From NCBI RefSeq assembly GCF_963921235.1, contig NC_086097.1, positions 162,256,001 through 162,320,000 on the forward strand: a stretch of 64,000 nucleotides of DNA. The letters run 5' to 3'. The notes under the pieces were generated by a model that did no database searches, had not been told where the DNA came from, and saw nothing but the letters and a program-made list of their open reading frames with translations. The stretch comes from Mobula hypostoma. Its lineage: Eukaryota. How positions within the stretch are numbered: the stretch's first letter is position 1; each line of letters starts with the position of its first letter. Shown here piece by piece: positions 27,083 through 40,419 of the stretch. A program made the translations under genes and the position numbers.

Positions 27083-27660
27083 CACATTTGCTGTGGCTCA
27101 CCCCTTGCCCCAGGTAGGTCGTCCCCCTTAACAGTATCCATAACGATATACTTATTATTGAGGTGAATGCCCGCAGGGGTACTCTGTTCTGTCTGCCCAT
27201 TTCCCTTTCTTCTCCTGACAGTCAGCCAGTTTCCTGCCTTCCTGCAAACTAGGGGTGACTACCTCCCTGTAGCTCCTCTCTATCAATTCCTCAGTCTTCC
27301 GCATGAGCTGAAGGTCATCGTGCTACAGCTCCAGTTCCTTAACACGTTCTCTGAGGAGCTGCAGCATGGTGTACTTGGGGCAGATAAGGTTATTCAGGAG
27401 GCTGGAGATCTCTCAGAATTCCCACATCTCACACAAAGAACACAAAAGAGCCCTGGAGCCATTTTCACTGCCATTAATTATGCCCTAACAGACAAGGAAT
27501 GAAGACTATAGAAGAAACCTACCAGGTGGTTACTGCGCCCACTGCTATTGAGCCAAAGCCGAAACCTCCCCACTCTAACACTGGCCCTTGCTCTTGCATC
27601 CCGTTCACTGATCGGACACAGTTCAAACTCTAAAAACTGCAGCAAAGCACTGCTTTACAA
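27083..27660 (-). mobile_element. CR1 5' UTR and ORF1 fragment
   Basis: Minus strand resembles the CR1 ORF1 region at 215-530 (KELELxLDDL-type segment). Confidence 0.6.
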
Positions 27661-28732
27661 TGCATTCCACCCACCTACCACTTGCTGTGTAAAAATCTTA
27701 TCCCTGTTATTCCCCCTATACTTTCCTGCAATCACATTAAAATTATGCCCTCAATTTAGCCATTTCAACCCAGGGAAAAAAGTATCTGGCTGTCCACTCA
27801 ATCTACGTCTCTTATCATCTTGAATATCTTGATACATGTGGCGAAGGTAAACCAATACTCACACCAATGTGCTGGTGATTGTGCTGCAAGTAAGTTCTTC
27901 ATTGCATCAGTGCATACATGTACTTGTGTCCATGACAGTAAACTTGATTCAAATTGATTTGGAAAAGGAAATATTTAAAAATTTGAAAAAGACAAGAAGG
28001 GCAAAGTAACAAGCAAGCCGAGCCAGTTTCACGGATAGACAACTGATATGGACTGAGAAATCAAGTTACTTGAACTTGTAGTCTAGAATTAAGTCCAAAA
28101 AGCTGTGATATGCCCAGATGTAAGATGAGGTCTTGTTCGTCAAGTATGCATTGGGCTTCACTGTAATACTACAGGTCCTCCCCTGCTCACAAACACCCGA
28201 CCTATGTATAGTCTGTGATATGAAAGATAGTTTGGGAAATTGGTGGTATAAATTTGCTGACTGTTGCAAGGCTGCAGATATCTTATTCTATTTGGGAAGC
28301 TGTATTATAGCCACATTTCCCACATGCAAACAGTCTATGTTACAAATGTTCACAGGAACAGAACCCTGCCCTAACCTGGGGAGAACCTGAGCAGGAGGCC
28401 ACAGACTGGTAAACATCTTCATGTAATTTAATGTAGCTAGTTTATTGTTTGGTGTCCAATTCAAGAGAGAAGACTGTCTGTTAAATATGCATTTAATATG
28501 TTCATCGCACCTTGTTAGTACTTCGTCCTTTGTTGAATATTCTGGTCAGAAACTGACCAGTTAAGTGGGTGGGTGGAATGCATTGTAAAGCAGTGCTTTG
28601 CGGCAGTTTTTACAGTTTGAACTGTGTCTGATCAGTGAACGGGATGCAAGAGCAAAGGCCAGTGTTAGAGTGGGGAGGTTTCGGCTTTGGCTCATCAGGA
28701 GTGGGCGCAGCAACCATCTGGTAAGTTTCTTC
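27511..28732. repeat. 168-bp inverted repeat pair (27511-27678 and 28565-28732)
   Basis: Hand alignment is ungapped with about 11 mismatches in 168 nt. Confidence 0.9.
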
Positions 28733-29751
28733 TTGCATGTGATTTTATTTGTTGGAAAACACAAGATGTTCTTTTTCTTCTTTTCTCTACTATGTTATTG
28801 ACAGTGGGCAAAACCCCTCAAATCATTTATAGTTACAATAACAGCAGCTTGTATTTATTATGAATAATCATAAGACAGAAGATACCGAGACTTTTCAGAG
28901 GGGCTTTATTAAAAAAAAATTTATATTGATTTACATCGAGTGTTATTAGGACAAATAATTGAAATAAGGGTCAAAATGGTAAGGCTAAAGGAACATCTTT
29001 AAGGTAGAGAGCAGCAGGGAAATGAAGTTCTTAACAGATAGGTACATGTTCATCACATCATCTTCATTAGCCACCAGCTTCCATGTTGCAATGATCAGTG
29101 CCTTCCTAATCCATTCATTTCATTGATTACATCAAGCACACTCCACTTAGATATGAAAATGTGTTCTCTTAAAACATTGAATCACAAATTAATAGATAGA
29201 ATATTGAACATGTACTGGTAATATTGCAGATTAGAGTGAGTTATTTTTAAAATATTTTCTTGGCATTGAATACAATATCATAATAATATCAAGGATATAC
29301 CTGGTAACTTCATAACAAAATTGTCCATGTGCTTAAAATAAGTCTTTAAGATTTCTTAATATATTTTAAACTTAAGTCCTGACCAATAGTCTTAAGTTGC
29401 TTTATACTGATCATGGTTTTGACTGTTATAAAATATATCTTTTAATAAGTACTGCGAGTGTTCACTTTGCACCTGGGTTTCTTTAATTTGATGAAATAAT
29501 TGTGATGTTTTTCCTTTGTGATAGGTGGTATCTTGGAACCTGTGGTAACATTCTGCCCAAAGTGAGTTCATTACAGTTTATAAGTAACAACATGACTATA
29601 AAGCTAGAATATTAAAAATTAATTTTGGTGATAGAGAAATCAAAACTTATGAATATTATTGCCTATATTGGCCCCAATTACAGCTTCCATTTAAGTAAAA
29701 TTAATAATATATATCACCAGGTCTCCTCAAGCAGATGATGCATTATTCAAC

Positions 29752-29960
29752 TTAATTTGTAAGCTTATAGATGAAGTAAAGAAAACTTGCAGAGGCCATA
29801 AGCAGCAGTTTTCTTGCAGAGAAATTAATTGAACCATTCACATTACATAAATTTGAATCACAGCATTTAACTCCAGTATTGACGAATAAGACATCGGTGT
29901 TTCCCGTGCACCGTGAATTTTCAGTGCAGCCTTTCGTCAAGACAGTTGTCTGTGTCCCAA
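29752..29960 (-). CDS. Ly6/uPAR (PSCA-like) three-finger protein, exon 3 (209 nt including stop)
   Basis: TAG acceptor at 29961-29962, phase 1. Encodes (F)GTQTTVLTKGCTENSRCTGNTDVLFVNTGVKCCDSNLCNVNGS plus a hydrophobic GPI-type tail. Contains the CCxxxxCN signature. Confidence 0.93.
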
Positions 29961-30364
29961 CTATAATGGGTCAAGAGGAGATAAAAAGATTTTGAATCAG
30001 TAATGACAACATTTTAATCAAAGGTGTGGATTCAATAAGTTTTCTTGCAGATGGACCTTCCAAAACTCGGAGTAAATAGAACCGCAGGAAACTGATTTGC
30101 ACTTACGATTCTGACAGACCCTTGGTGATCTTAATCTTACTACTGGAAGAATAATCAAAAGCATTCTGAATATTGTGCACAGGAATGGGCAGAGAAATAG
30201 AAATAAATCAAAGGTACTTTCATGTATTACCTAAAAGCTAATTGAGATTTGGTCTGAGGTTGGGCAAAAAGGATAGAAATGATGAGAAATCTCTGAGAAA
30301 TTCCCTTCTTCTACTATCGATGCTGCCCTCACCCTTATTTCCTCCATTTCCTGAATACCTACGC

Positions 30365-31310
30365 TCACCTCATCTTCCTGCTGTCTTAGCAGCGATGGAG
30401 TTCCACATGTCCTTATCTACCATCTCATGAGCTTCTGCATCCAATATATCATTCTCTGCAACTTCTGCCATCTCCAAAGGGGTACTACCACCAAACATAA
30501 ATTTACCCACCCTCTCTCTACTTTCCACAGGGATTGCTCGCTCTATGATTCCCTTGTCCATTCGCCCCTACCCACTAGCTTCCCTTCCAGCACTTATCCC
30601 TGCAAGTGGCCAAAGTGCTACACCTGCCCATTCACCTCCTCCCTTATCTCCTTTCAGGGCTCCAAACAGCCCTTCCAGGCAAAGCAACACTTCACCTGCA
30701 GATCTGCTGGTGTTGCCTACTGTGTTCAGTGCTCCCAATGCGGCCTCCTCTACATTGGTGGGACCTGTCATAAAATGGGGGACTACTTCATCAAGCAACT
30801 CTGCTCCACCCACTAAAAGTGAAACTTCCTGGTAGCCAAATATTTTAATTCCCATTTCCATTCCAACATGTCTGTCTATGGATTTCTCTTGTGCCATGAT
30901 GAGGCCACCCTCAGGGTGGAAGAGCAACCCTTCATATTCCATCTGGGTAGCCTGCAACCTGATGGCATGAATATTGATATATCCCTCCAGTTAAAAAAAA
31001 TTCCCTCCACCTGCCCTCTTCTTCTATTTCCCATTCTAGCCCCTTAACTCTTCTCATCTGCCTATCACCTCCCCCTGAGGTCCCCTCCTCCTACTCTTTC
31101 TCCTATGGTCCACTCTCCTCTCCTCTCAGATTTCTTTTTCTCCAGCTCTTTACATTTCTTACCCACTTGGGTTTACCTATCCTTCTTCCTCCTTCCCCTT
31201 TTCCCACATTTTTATTCTGTCATCTTCCCCCTTCCTTTTCAGCCCAAAATGTTGACTATTTATTCATTTTCATAGATGCTGCCTGACTTGCTGGGTTTGT
31301 GTGCGTTGCT
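30365..31310 (+). mobile_element. Penelope-like element 3' part, in Ly6 gene intron 2
   Basis: GIY-YIG-type VAYCVQCSQCGLLYIGGT, LGSLQPDGMNI C-terminus, pyrimidine-rich UTR and pseudo-LTR tail. Confidence 0.85.
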
Positions 31311-32077
31311 TGAGAAATCTCTGTAGAAGCTTATGAGTCGTTAGAATTCTCTACCACTGGCTATCTTGGGCATTCAATATGTCCAATATTGAATTTTAAT
31401 AAAACTTGGACACTTGGGAAATCAAGGGATCTAAGAAATGAATGGGAATGCAAGAATGCAGATTGCAAGATCAACAAGGATCTTTTGAGCAGTATTGAGA
31501 AGCTTAAGGAAGCATACAACTTATATCTGCTTATGTTCTCGGAAGGATGGGAGTTTCATCAATTCATCTGTCATTTAAATTTAAAATGATTGAAGAGATA
31601 AAACCATATATTTAAAAAGATTTCATGTTGTATAAATAGAATCTATTGCTTAGATTTTATAAACTTATTACTCTGCACAGATGTGGATCTTCTTCATGTT
31701 CTTCAACCACACATTCAAGCAAAAGTCTAAACGCCATAGTTCCTTTAAAAAAAGCTAGAATTCCAATTCAGGATTAACCGACCATTTTGGGGATCTAAGT
31801 GGCTGGTCACATCAGCTTTGCTTTTCATTAGATGGCAACCCGAAAGAGATGGGAGGGGAGTGGGGAGGAGTCTAAAATGGTTTCTAACATCTGTATTTAT
31901 ACAAAGTCAAAGAACCAGTGAGGTCATGGTCCATATACAGATTACAGAGAAGAATGTGTTTGCTGTCTTGAGGCAAATTAGAGTGGATAAATCCCCAAGG
32001 CCTGACAAACTGTCCCCTCAGACCCTGTGGAAGCTAGTGCAGAAATTGCAGAGGTCCTAGCAGAGCTACTTAAAATA

Positions 32078-35000
32078 AGACCATAAGACATAGGAGCAGA
32101 ATTAGGCCATTTGACCCATTGAGTCTGCTCTGCTATTCAATCATGGCTAATCCTTTTTCCCCCTTTTCAGCCCTATTCCCTGCCTTCTCCCTGTTAACCT
32201 TGATGTCATGTCCAAGATCCTATCAAGCTCTGCCTTAAATACACCCAACAACCTGGCCTCCACAGCTGCCTGTGGTAATAAATTCCACACATTCACCATC
32301 CTCTGGCTAAAGTAATTTCTCCACATCTCTGTTTTAAATGGATGCCCCTCTATCCTGATGTAGTGTCCTCTTGTCCTAGACTCCCCCACCATGGGAAACA
32401 TCCTTACCGAATCTACTCTGTCTAGGCCTTTCAATATTTAAAAGGTTTCAATGAGATCCCCTTTAATCCTTCTAAATTCCAGTGAATACAGACCCAGAGC
32501 AATCAAACGTTCCTCATACGATAACCCTTTCATTCCTGGAATCATCTTTGTGAACCTCCTCTGGACCCACTCCAATGCCAGCATATCTTTTCTTACGTTT
32601 GTAGATGAGGAGCCCAAAATTGTTCACAATACTCAAGGTGAGGCCTCACCAGTGCCTTATAAAGCCTCAGCATCACATCCCTACTCTTGTATTCTAGACC
32701 TCTTGAAATGAATGCTAACATTGCATTTGCCTTCCTCACCACCAACTCTACCTGCAAGTTAGCCTTTAGTGTGTTCTGCACAAGGACTCCCAAGTCCCTT
32801 TGCATCTCAGATTTTTGGATTTTCTCCCCATTTAAAAAATAATCTGTATATTTATTTCTACTACCAAAGTGTGTGAGCATGCATTTTACAAGATTGTATT
32901 TCATTTGCCACTCTCTTGCCCATTCTCCTAATCTAAATCCTTCTGTAGCCTACCTATTTCCTCAGCATTATCTGTCCCTCCACCTATCTTCGTATCATCC
33001 GTAAACTTGGTAATAAGCCATCAATTCCATCATCCAAATCATTGACATATAACATTTAAGTGGTCTCAACACTGACCTCTGTGGAACACCACTAGTCATT
33101 GGCAACCAACCAGAAAAGGCCCTCTTTATTCCCACTTTTTGCCTCCTGCCAATCAGCCAATGCTCTATTAATGCTAGTATATTTCCTGTAAGATGCTACC
33201 ATGGGCTCTTAACTTGGTAAGCAGCCACATGTGTGGCACCTTGCCAAAGGCCTTCAAAAAGTCCAAATATGCAACATCCACTGCAACCCCTTCATCTATG
33301 CTATGTGTAATCTCCTCAAAGAATTCCAACAGGTTCATCAGGCAAGCTTAAGGAAACCATGCCAACTTTGTCCTATCTTGTCCCGTGTCACCGAGTACTC
33401 CATAACCTCATCCTTAACAAATGACTCCAACATCTGCCCAATCACTGAGGTCAGGCTAACTGGTCTATAATTTCCTTTCTGTAGCCTTCCTCCTTTCTTA
33501 AAGAGTGGAGTGATTTTTGCAATTTTCCAGTCCTCTGGCAACATGCCAGAGTCCCATAGTTTTTGAAAGATCATTACTGCATACTCCACAATCTCAACCG
33601 CTACCTCTTTCAGAACCCCAGGGTACAGTTCATCTGGTACAGTGACTTATGTCCCCTTCGGTCTTTCAGCTTTTTGAGCACCTTCTCCCTTGTAATAGCA
33701 ACTGTACTCACTTCTCTTCCCTCACACCCTTCAACATCTGGCACACTGCTAGTGTCTTCCACAGTGAAGAATGATGCAAAATACTCATTTAGTTCATCTG
33801 TATTTCTCCAGCCTCATTTTCTAGCAGTTCTACATCCACTCTCATCTTTTATTTTTTAAATACTTGGAAAAGCTTTTATTCTCCACTTTGGCGTTGTTTG
33901 CTAGCTTGCTTTCATATTTCATCTTGTCCCTCCTAGTGATTCTTTTACTTGCTCTCTGTAGGTTTTTAAAAGCTTCCCAATCCTTTGTTTTCCCACTAAT
34001 TTTTGCTTTGTTGTATGCCCTCTCTTTTGTTTTTACATTAACTTTGACTTCCCTTGGCCACGGTTATACTCTTTTGCCATTTGACTATTTCTTCATTTTT
34101 GGAATATATCTATCCTGCACCTTCCTCATTTTTCCCATAAACTCATGCTGTTGCTGCTCTGCTGTCAATAATAGACAATAGACAATAGGTGCAGGAGTAG
34201 GCCATTCAGCCCTTCAAGCCAGCACTGCCATTCACTGTGATCATGGCTGATCATCCACAATCAGTACCCCGTTCCTGCCTTCTCCCCATATCCCTTGACT
34301 CCACTATCATTATGAGCTCTATCTAACTCTTTCTTGAAAGCATCCAGAGAATTGGCCTCCCCTGCCTTCTGAGGCAGAGCATTCCACAGATCCACAACTC
34401 TCTGGGTGAAAAAATTTTTCCTCAACTCTGTTCTAAATGGCCTACCCCTTGGTTCTGGACTCCCCCAACATCGGGAACATGTTTCCTGCCTCTAGCATGT
34501 CCAATCCCTTAATAATCTTATATGTTTCAATCAGATCCCCTCTCATCCTTCTAAATTCCAATGTATACAAGCCCAGTCGCTCCAATCTTTCAATATATGA
34601 CAGTCCCACCATCCCAGGAATTAACCTCGTGAACCTACACTGCACTCCCTCAATAGCTAGAATGTCCTTCCTCAAATTTGGAGACCAAAACTGCACACAA
34701 TACTCCAGGTGTGGTCTCACCAGGGCCCTGTACAACTGCAGAAGGAACTCTTTGCTCCTATACTCAACTCCCCTTGTTATGAAGGCCAACATGCCATTAG
34801 CTTTCTTCACTGCCTGCTGTACCTGCATACTTACTTTCAGTGACTGATCAACAGGACACCAAGATCTCGTTGACCTTCCCCTTTTCCTAACTTGACACCA
34901 TTCAAATAGTAATCTGCCTTCCTGTTCTTGCCACCAAAGTCGACAACCTCACATTTATCCACATTAAACTGCATCTGCCCGCTCACCCAACCTGTCCAAG

Positions 35001-35580
35001 TCATCCTACATTATCTCAACATCCTCCGCACATTTCACACTGCCACCCAGCTTTGTGTCATCTGCAAATTTGCTAATGTAACTTTTAATTCTTTCATCTA
35101 AATCATTAATGTATATTGTAAATAGCTGCGGTCCCAGCACCGAGTCTTGCAGTACCCCACTAGTCACCACCTGCCATTCTGAAACAGACCCGTTAATCCC
35201 TACTCTTTGTTTCCTGCTGTCATCCCTGCCAGCATCTCCTTCCAATTTACTTTGGCCGACTCCTCTCTCATACCACTGTAATTTCCTTCACTACATCAGA
35301 AATACTGCTAAGTCAGACTTTATTTTCTCTCTATCAAATTTCAAGTTGAACTCAAACATATTGCGATCACTACCTTCTGAGTTTTCTTTTATCTTAAGCT
35401 CCCTAATCACCTCTGGTTCATTACATAACACCCAATCCAGTATGGCTGATCCCCTCGTAGGCTCAATGACAAACTGCTCCAAAAAGCCATCTCATAGGCA
35501 TTCAACAAACTCACTCTCTTGACATCCATTTCCAACCTGATTTTCCCAATCGACATGCATGTTGAAGTCGCCCATGACTA
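32078..35580 (-). mobile_element. Long degenerate CR1 (endonuclease to 3' end), interrupted by a younger CR1
   Basis: EPTRGSAILDWVL/GSD (35291-35482), NYRPVSLTS (33338-33589), RPHLEYCEQFWAP (32593-32904), and a 3' UTR near 32080. Confidence 0.9.
34168..35213 (-). mobile_element. Younger 5'-truncated CR1 with a 9-bp TSD
   Basis: Same subfamily as 22837-24290. Flanked by CTGCTGTCA at 34159-34167 and 35214-35222. Confidence 0.92.
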
Positions 35581-35599
35581 AAATGTCTTTTTCTATGGT

Positions 35600-36850
35600 G
35601 ACATGCTGGAGGATTAGAGTATAACTAATATTCTGTTGTTTAAGAAAGATTTAAGAATAAGCCAGGGAATTATAGGCTGGTGGGCCTGACGTCAGTAGTG
35701 GGAAAATATTCTAAGGGACCCGATATATAAGTATTTGGACAGGAACAGGGACTGATTAGGCATAGTCAACATGGTTTTGTGCTGCTAGTTTGTGTCTAAC
35801 CAACCTTAGAGAGTTTTTTTTTAGAGGAAGTTTCCAGGAAAGACAAGGCAGAATATGTAGACTATATGGATTTTAGCAAAGCTTTGACAACGTTCTGCAT
35901 GGGAGGTTGGGCAAGAAGGTTCAATCATTTGGCATTCTGGATAATGTAGTAAATTGGATTAGACATTGATTTTGCTGGAAAAGCCAAAGAGTGGTAATAG
36001 ATGGTTGCCTCTCTGATTGGAGGCCTGTGACTAGTGATGTGCCAGAGGGATTGGTGCCGCATCCATTGTTGTTTGTTATCTATATCAATGATCTGGATGA
36101 TAATGTAGTAAACTGGATCAGCAACTTTGCAGATGACACCAAGTCTGTGGTGTAGTGGACATCGAGGAAGGCTATCAAAACTTGCAATGGGATCTGGATC
36201 AGCTGGAAAAATGAGCAGAAAATTGGCAGATTAAATTCAGTGTTGATAAATGTGAGGTGTTGCACTTTGCAAGGACTTGCATGGTTGTGTCACAGGTAGA
36301 TTGGGTTGTGGAGAGAGCTTTAGGCACATTGGTCTTCATAAATCAAAGTATTGAGTACAGAAGTTGAGATGTTGCGTTGAAGTTGTAGAAGGCATTGGTG
36401 AGGTCTAATTGGGAATATTGTGTGTAATTTTGGTCACCTACCTAGAGGAAAGATGTAAATAAGATAGAGTGCAGAGAAAATTTACAAATATGTTGCCAGG
36501 ACTTGAGGACCTGAGCTATAGGGAAAGGTAGAAAAGCAAGCTTTTTCCTCTGAGGTTTGGTGAGACTCGAACTAGGGCTCATGGGTTAAGAGTGAAAGGT
36601 GAAATGTTTAAGGTGAATATGAGGGGGAGCTTCACTCAGAGGGTGGTGAGAGTGTGGAACGTTCTGCCAGCAGATGTGGTGCCTGCAGATTTGACTTCAA
36701 CACTTATGAAACTTTTGAATACATATGTTGATGGAAGGGTATGGAGGGCTATGGTCCGGGTGCAGATCAATGGGACCAGGCAGATTAGTAATTTGGCACG
36801 ACTAGATGCGCCAAGTGGCCTGTTTCAGTGCTGTAGTATTCTATGACTAT
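35600..36850 (+). mobile_element. Old CR1 RT/3' fragment
   Basis: Degenerate YMDFSKA, NFADDTK and FTQRVVRVWN. Confidence 0.8.
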
Positions 36851-36899
36851 GGCTGCAACACTGGTGGCCAATATTTTGAATGGTTAGCTCCAGTGAAAG

Positions 36900-37223
36900 C
36901 TAAAAATTAGCTTTATTTGCCACGTGTACGTCACATCGAAACATACAGTGAAATGGGTAGTTTGCATCAATGGCCATCACAAGTCCAAGGATGTGCTGGG
37001 CACAACCCACAAGTGTTGCCATGCTTCCAGTACCAATGCAGCATGCCCACGACTTACTAACCCTAACCTGTACATCTTTGGAAGTTGGGAGAAAACCAGA
37101 CCACTTGGAGGAAACACTTGCAGTCAAGGGGAGAACATACAATCTCCTTACTGACAGCAGCAGAATGGAACCTAGGTTGCTGGCACTGTCATAGTGTTAC
37201 ACTGACCACGACATGACCATGCC
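36900..37223 (-). mobile_element. tRNA-derived SINE (V-SINE/HE1-like)
   Basis: Minus strand has degenerate A and B boxes (GGTTCCATTC), then the V-domain-like GTATGTTCTCCCC..GTTTCCTCC..CTCCCA..TCCAAAGATGTAC. Confidence 0.65.
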
Positions 37224-37777
37224 TCCCGAGAGGCATTGAGTCTGGAGAAGAAACTGGTGGATTTTTATAAATGAAGTTGACCTGCAACTGTGCTGACATT
37301 AAATCAGTCTTATGTGCTCACTGACATTTTGGCCTGTCTGCTCTTAAACTTCCAGTGGTCAATCACTGCATGTGTGTTAATGTCCTCACCCACGTGAAAT
37401 TTCACTCAATTGGTAAATTCCCTGTGGTCATCATCCCAGTGCTCTAAGGGCAGTTCCTGTGCACAAAATCAGGGGTTAATGATCCAATTTACTAACAATT
37501 GGATTTAAAAACCCTTTATTATGAATGGTACAGCTGGTAGAGGTGAAGGTAATGTTGATGGAAACAGAATCCCATAAATTTTGGTGTGGGTGCATTGTTT
37601 GCCCATCTTCCGACAATCTATGAACTTTTGATATACAGTACTATGTTCTTGTTATAAAACAGTCTGAATACACTGCACAACAAATATCACTATGTACAAG
37701 AATAGCATATCAAGGAATAATTTTCACATCACATCCTTAATAATGCTTTTGTTAAATAATAAATCATGTAAACTTAC

Positions 37778-37903
37778 ATAAATTTATTGTGACTTTAGAT
37801 ATGGAGCATCTGTCTTCATTACTACTGCAAGTTTGAACTGGATTTCTATTGCAGTCTTCATTGCTTGATGCATCCTTACAGTAGTAGCATTCTAAGCCAG
37901 CAA
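37778..37903 (-). CDS. Ly6/uPAR (PSCA-like) protein, exon 2 (126 nt)
   Basis: TTTGCAG acceptor, GTAAGT donor, phase 1-1. Encodes (V)AGLECYYCKDASSNEDCNRNPVQTCSSNEDRCSISKVTINL, the first 5 Cys of the LU domain. Confidence 0.93.
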
Positions 37904-38034
37904 CTGCAAATGGTATTAATATAGACAACTTGAAACGCATTGTAAAATTCTTCCATCTCCAAAATACTTTTTCTTCCTTGCATAATTTCATAACTTTTTT
38001 GTTATCGGCTTTAATCAAGCCTTATAAAGAGACA

Positions 38035-38830
38035 ATAGTGGATATTGCAGATGCTGCAATCTGGAACAAAGAACTAATCACTGGAAGAACTTAGTCAGTT
38101 AAACAGCATCCATGAATGCAGGTCATCATTGTTTTATCAAGATCCTGCATGAGGACTGAAAGTATAAAGAGGAGAGGAAGGGTCTGGCAGGTGCTAGGTG
38201 GAACCAAGTGAAGATCGAAATGACAGACCAATGGAGCCAGGTAGGGGAGGGAGAAGGATGGAGGTGGGAGACAGTTACTGGTGAATGAAAGGTAGAAACA
38301 GATAAGGATAAACAAAAAAAGAGCACCAGTTGAAAACGGGAGAAGTAGAGACAGAAGCTGGAGATGTGATAAGTAGAGGCATAAAGGAACAGATGCTGGA
38401 AACTGGTAGATCAGAAGTTTATGAAGCAGAAACAGATCAAGGAGAGATGATGTGCAGATGGAACCAGTGGTGGGGAGGGGTTGGGGGAATAGAATTAAAT
38501 AGGGTTTTGGGGAGGAGGTTTCAGAAAGAAAGGGGAGAGACAACCTGTGTGGATCGGAAGGAGATAAGAGCACAGAGTGTGCATTACCTGGAACTGGAAC
38601 ATTCAGTGTTCATTCCAGGAGAGTATGAGGAGCTGTTCCTTTAGTTTGCACTTGGCCTCACCCTCACACTGGAGAAAGTAGGTCAGTGTAGGAATAGGAA
38701 GGGAAGTTGAAATTGCATTGACCAGAAGCTCAGGATGGCCATTATGAACAGGGCATAGGTATTCCACAAAAATTATCACCTTGTCTCCACTAAAGTAAAA
38801 GAAAGCACATCGAGAGCCCCAAACATAGTA
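38035..38830 (-). mobile_element. Old Penelope-like 3' fragment
   Basis: CEGEAKCKLKEQLLI C-terminal remnant, pyrimidine-rich UTR and pseudo-LTR tail on minus. Confidence 0.6.
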
Positions 38831-40419
38831 GACAAAAGGTCCATGTGAAGGTTTTCCGGAACAGATTAGAGGCCTAGAACAAACTAAACTGCATTGCAGT
38901 GCTCTCAATGTGTTATATGTTTTGGGGAGTGGTAGTTACACAAAAGGGTAGACATCCAAAGCACACAATTTATGGTGATTAGGAAAAGAGTCAGGGAGGC
39001 GAAAGTTAAAATCTATTCAAGTAACATGTAGTCATGATCTGCATTTCATTTCTTAAAAGATTTGAGTGTGAAGATTCAAAAATGAATTAGAAAAATATCT
39101 GAGGGTGAAGAGAATCGCAGAACTTTGGGTATAGAGCTGAAGGATTGATTGCTCTTCCAAATGGCCAAAATGGTTGATCACGGGTATACCACTCTCCCCC
39201 AACATTTAAGGTCAAAGACCCTTTATTGGAGCCTCAAATATTTTATATCAACACCTTCAGTTCTGTGTTACTCTAGATTAGCACAATTGGCTCTTCTGAT
39301 GAAGGATTTTTAATCTGAAACTAATCCAGACTAACAGAGTGACAGAAGCTGTTCATCAGTAACACCCACTTTAAACTAATGATGTTCAATCTAAAATATG
39401 AATTCCATTTCTCTTCCCACAGATGCTGCCTGGCCTGCTGAGTGTTTCCAAAATTATCAGTTTTCAGTTCCAACAACTGGAATTTTAATTTTATTTTCAT
39501 GTTAGCCAGATAACAGTTTTTTCAACCTTAGACTTTTCTCAGACTTTTGAACTAAATCATCAGTGAAAATTAATACAACTGTTATGTAAAAATTTTTAAA
39601 CTATTAGCCCTTTTCCCATTTGGATTGGACAAATATGAATTCATTTGCTCCCAATATCTTATCATTGATATCTTCTTTCCCAACACTCTATAGAAGTTAG
39701 AAATTTTTCTCAGCCCCCCCCCCCGACCTGTGGTGAAGGGTGAAGAGCAAAGGGCAATGGGTTGTTTTTGGGTCTCAGTCAAACTGTGCTTAGCTGTCAA
39801 GAATTATGTGAGAGCAATTCTTTGGCAAGAAGTTCATCTGATATGAAATATGGAAGTATACCAAAGTTACTGCCAGCTTTTGTCCATCCCTGTTGCTGCA
39901 GAACTGAGAAAACAGCTTATAGCCAACCATATTAGTGAGTCTGGAATTGCATACAGACAGACCAGATAAGTTTGACAGATTTCCATTTAAGAATGGATTG
40001 AGCTTTTATTCAGACCTATGATTATCATTACTAATATGAGTTTTATGAATTCCAGAAATATTTGATTAATTTATATTTCCCATGATGAAACTGAAATACA
40101 TTTCTCTGGATCAGTTTCCAGAACTGAGGCTCTTGAGATCCTGAAACAAAGCCAATGGAAATCTCTGAGGCAAAAACAACATTATTCTTGGGTCACTGGG
40201 AGAACCTGAATTAGGGAAGAAACTGCATTTTCTACTGATTGTGCAACTTACAGATAACATCTTTTTACAATTTTATTTGAGTGGACCAGCAGTTGCTGGA
40301 AAACTTTCAGAATCAGAATATGTTGCGATACATTAAGTATACTATATAAGTATATTATATGCTGCCATACATTAAGTATACTATATATAATAAAAATATA
40401 AAAATTAAATAATTAGAGC

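Noticed and set aside
28678..28698. Hammerhead-like CTGATGAGCCAAAGCCGAAAC on minus
   Set aside because: Stem II is mis-registered, no stem I or III partner was found, and the paralogous arm at about 27545 lacks CTGATGA. Probably chance.
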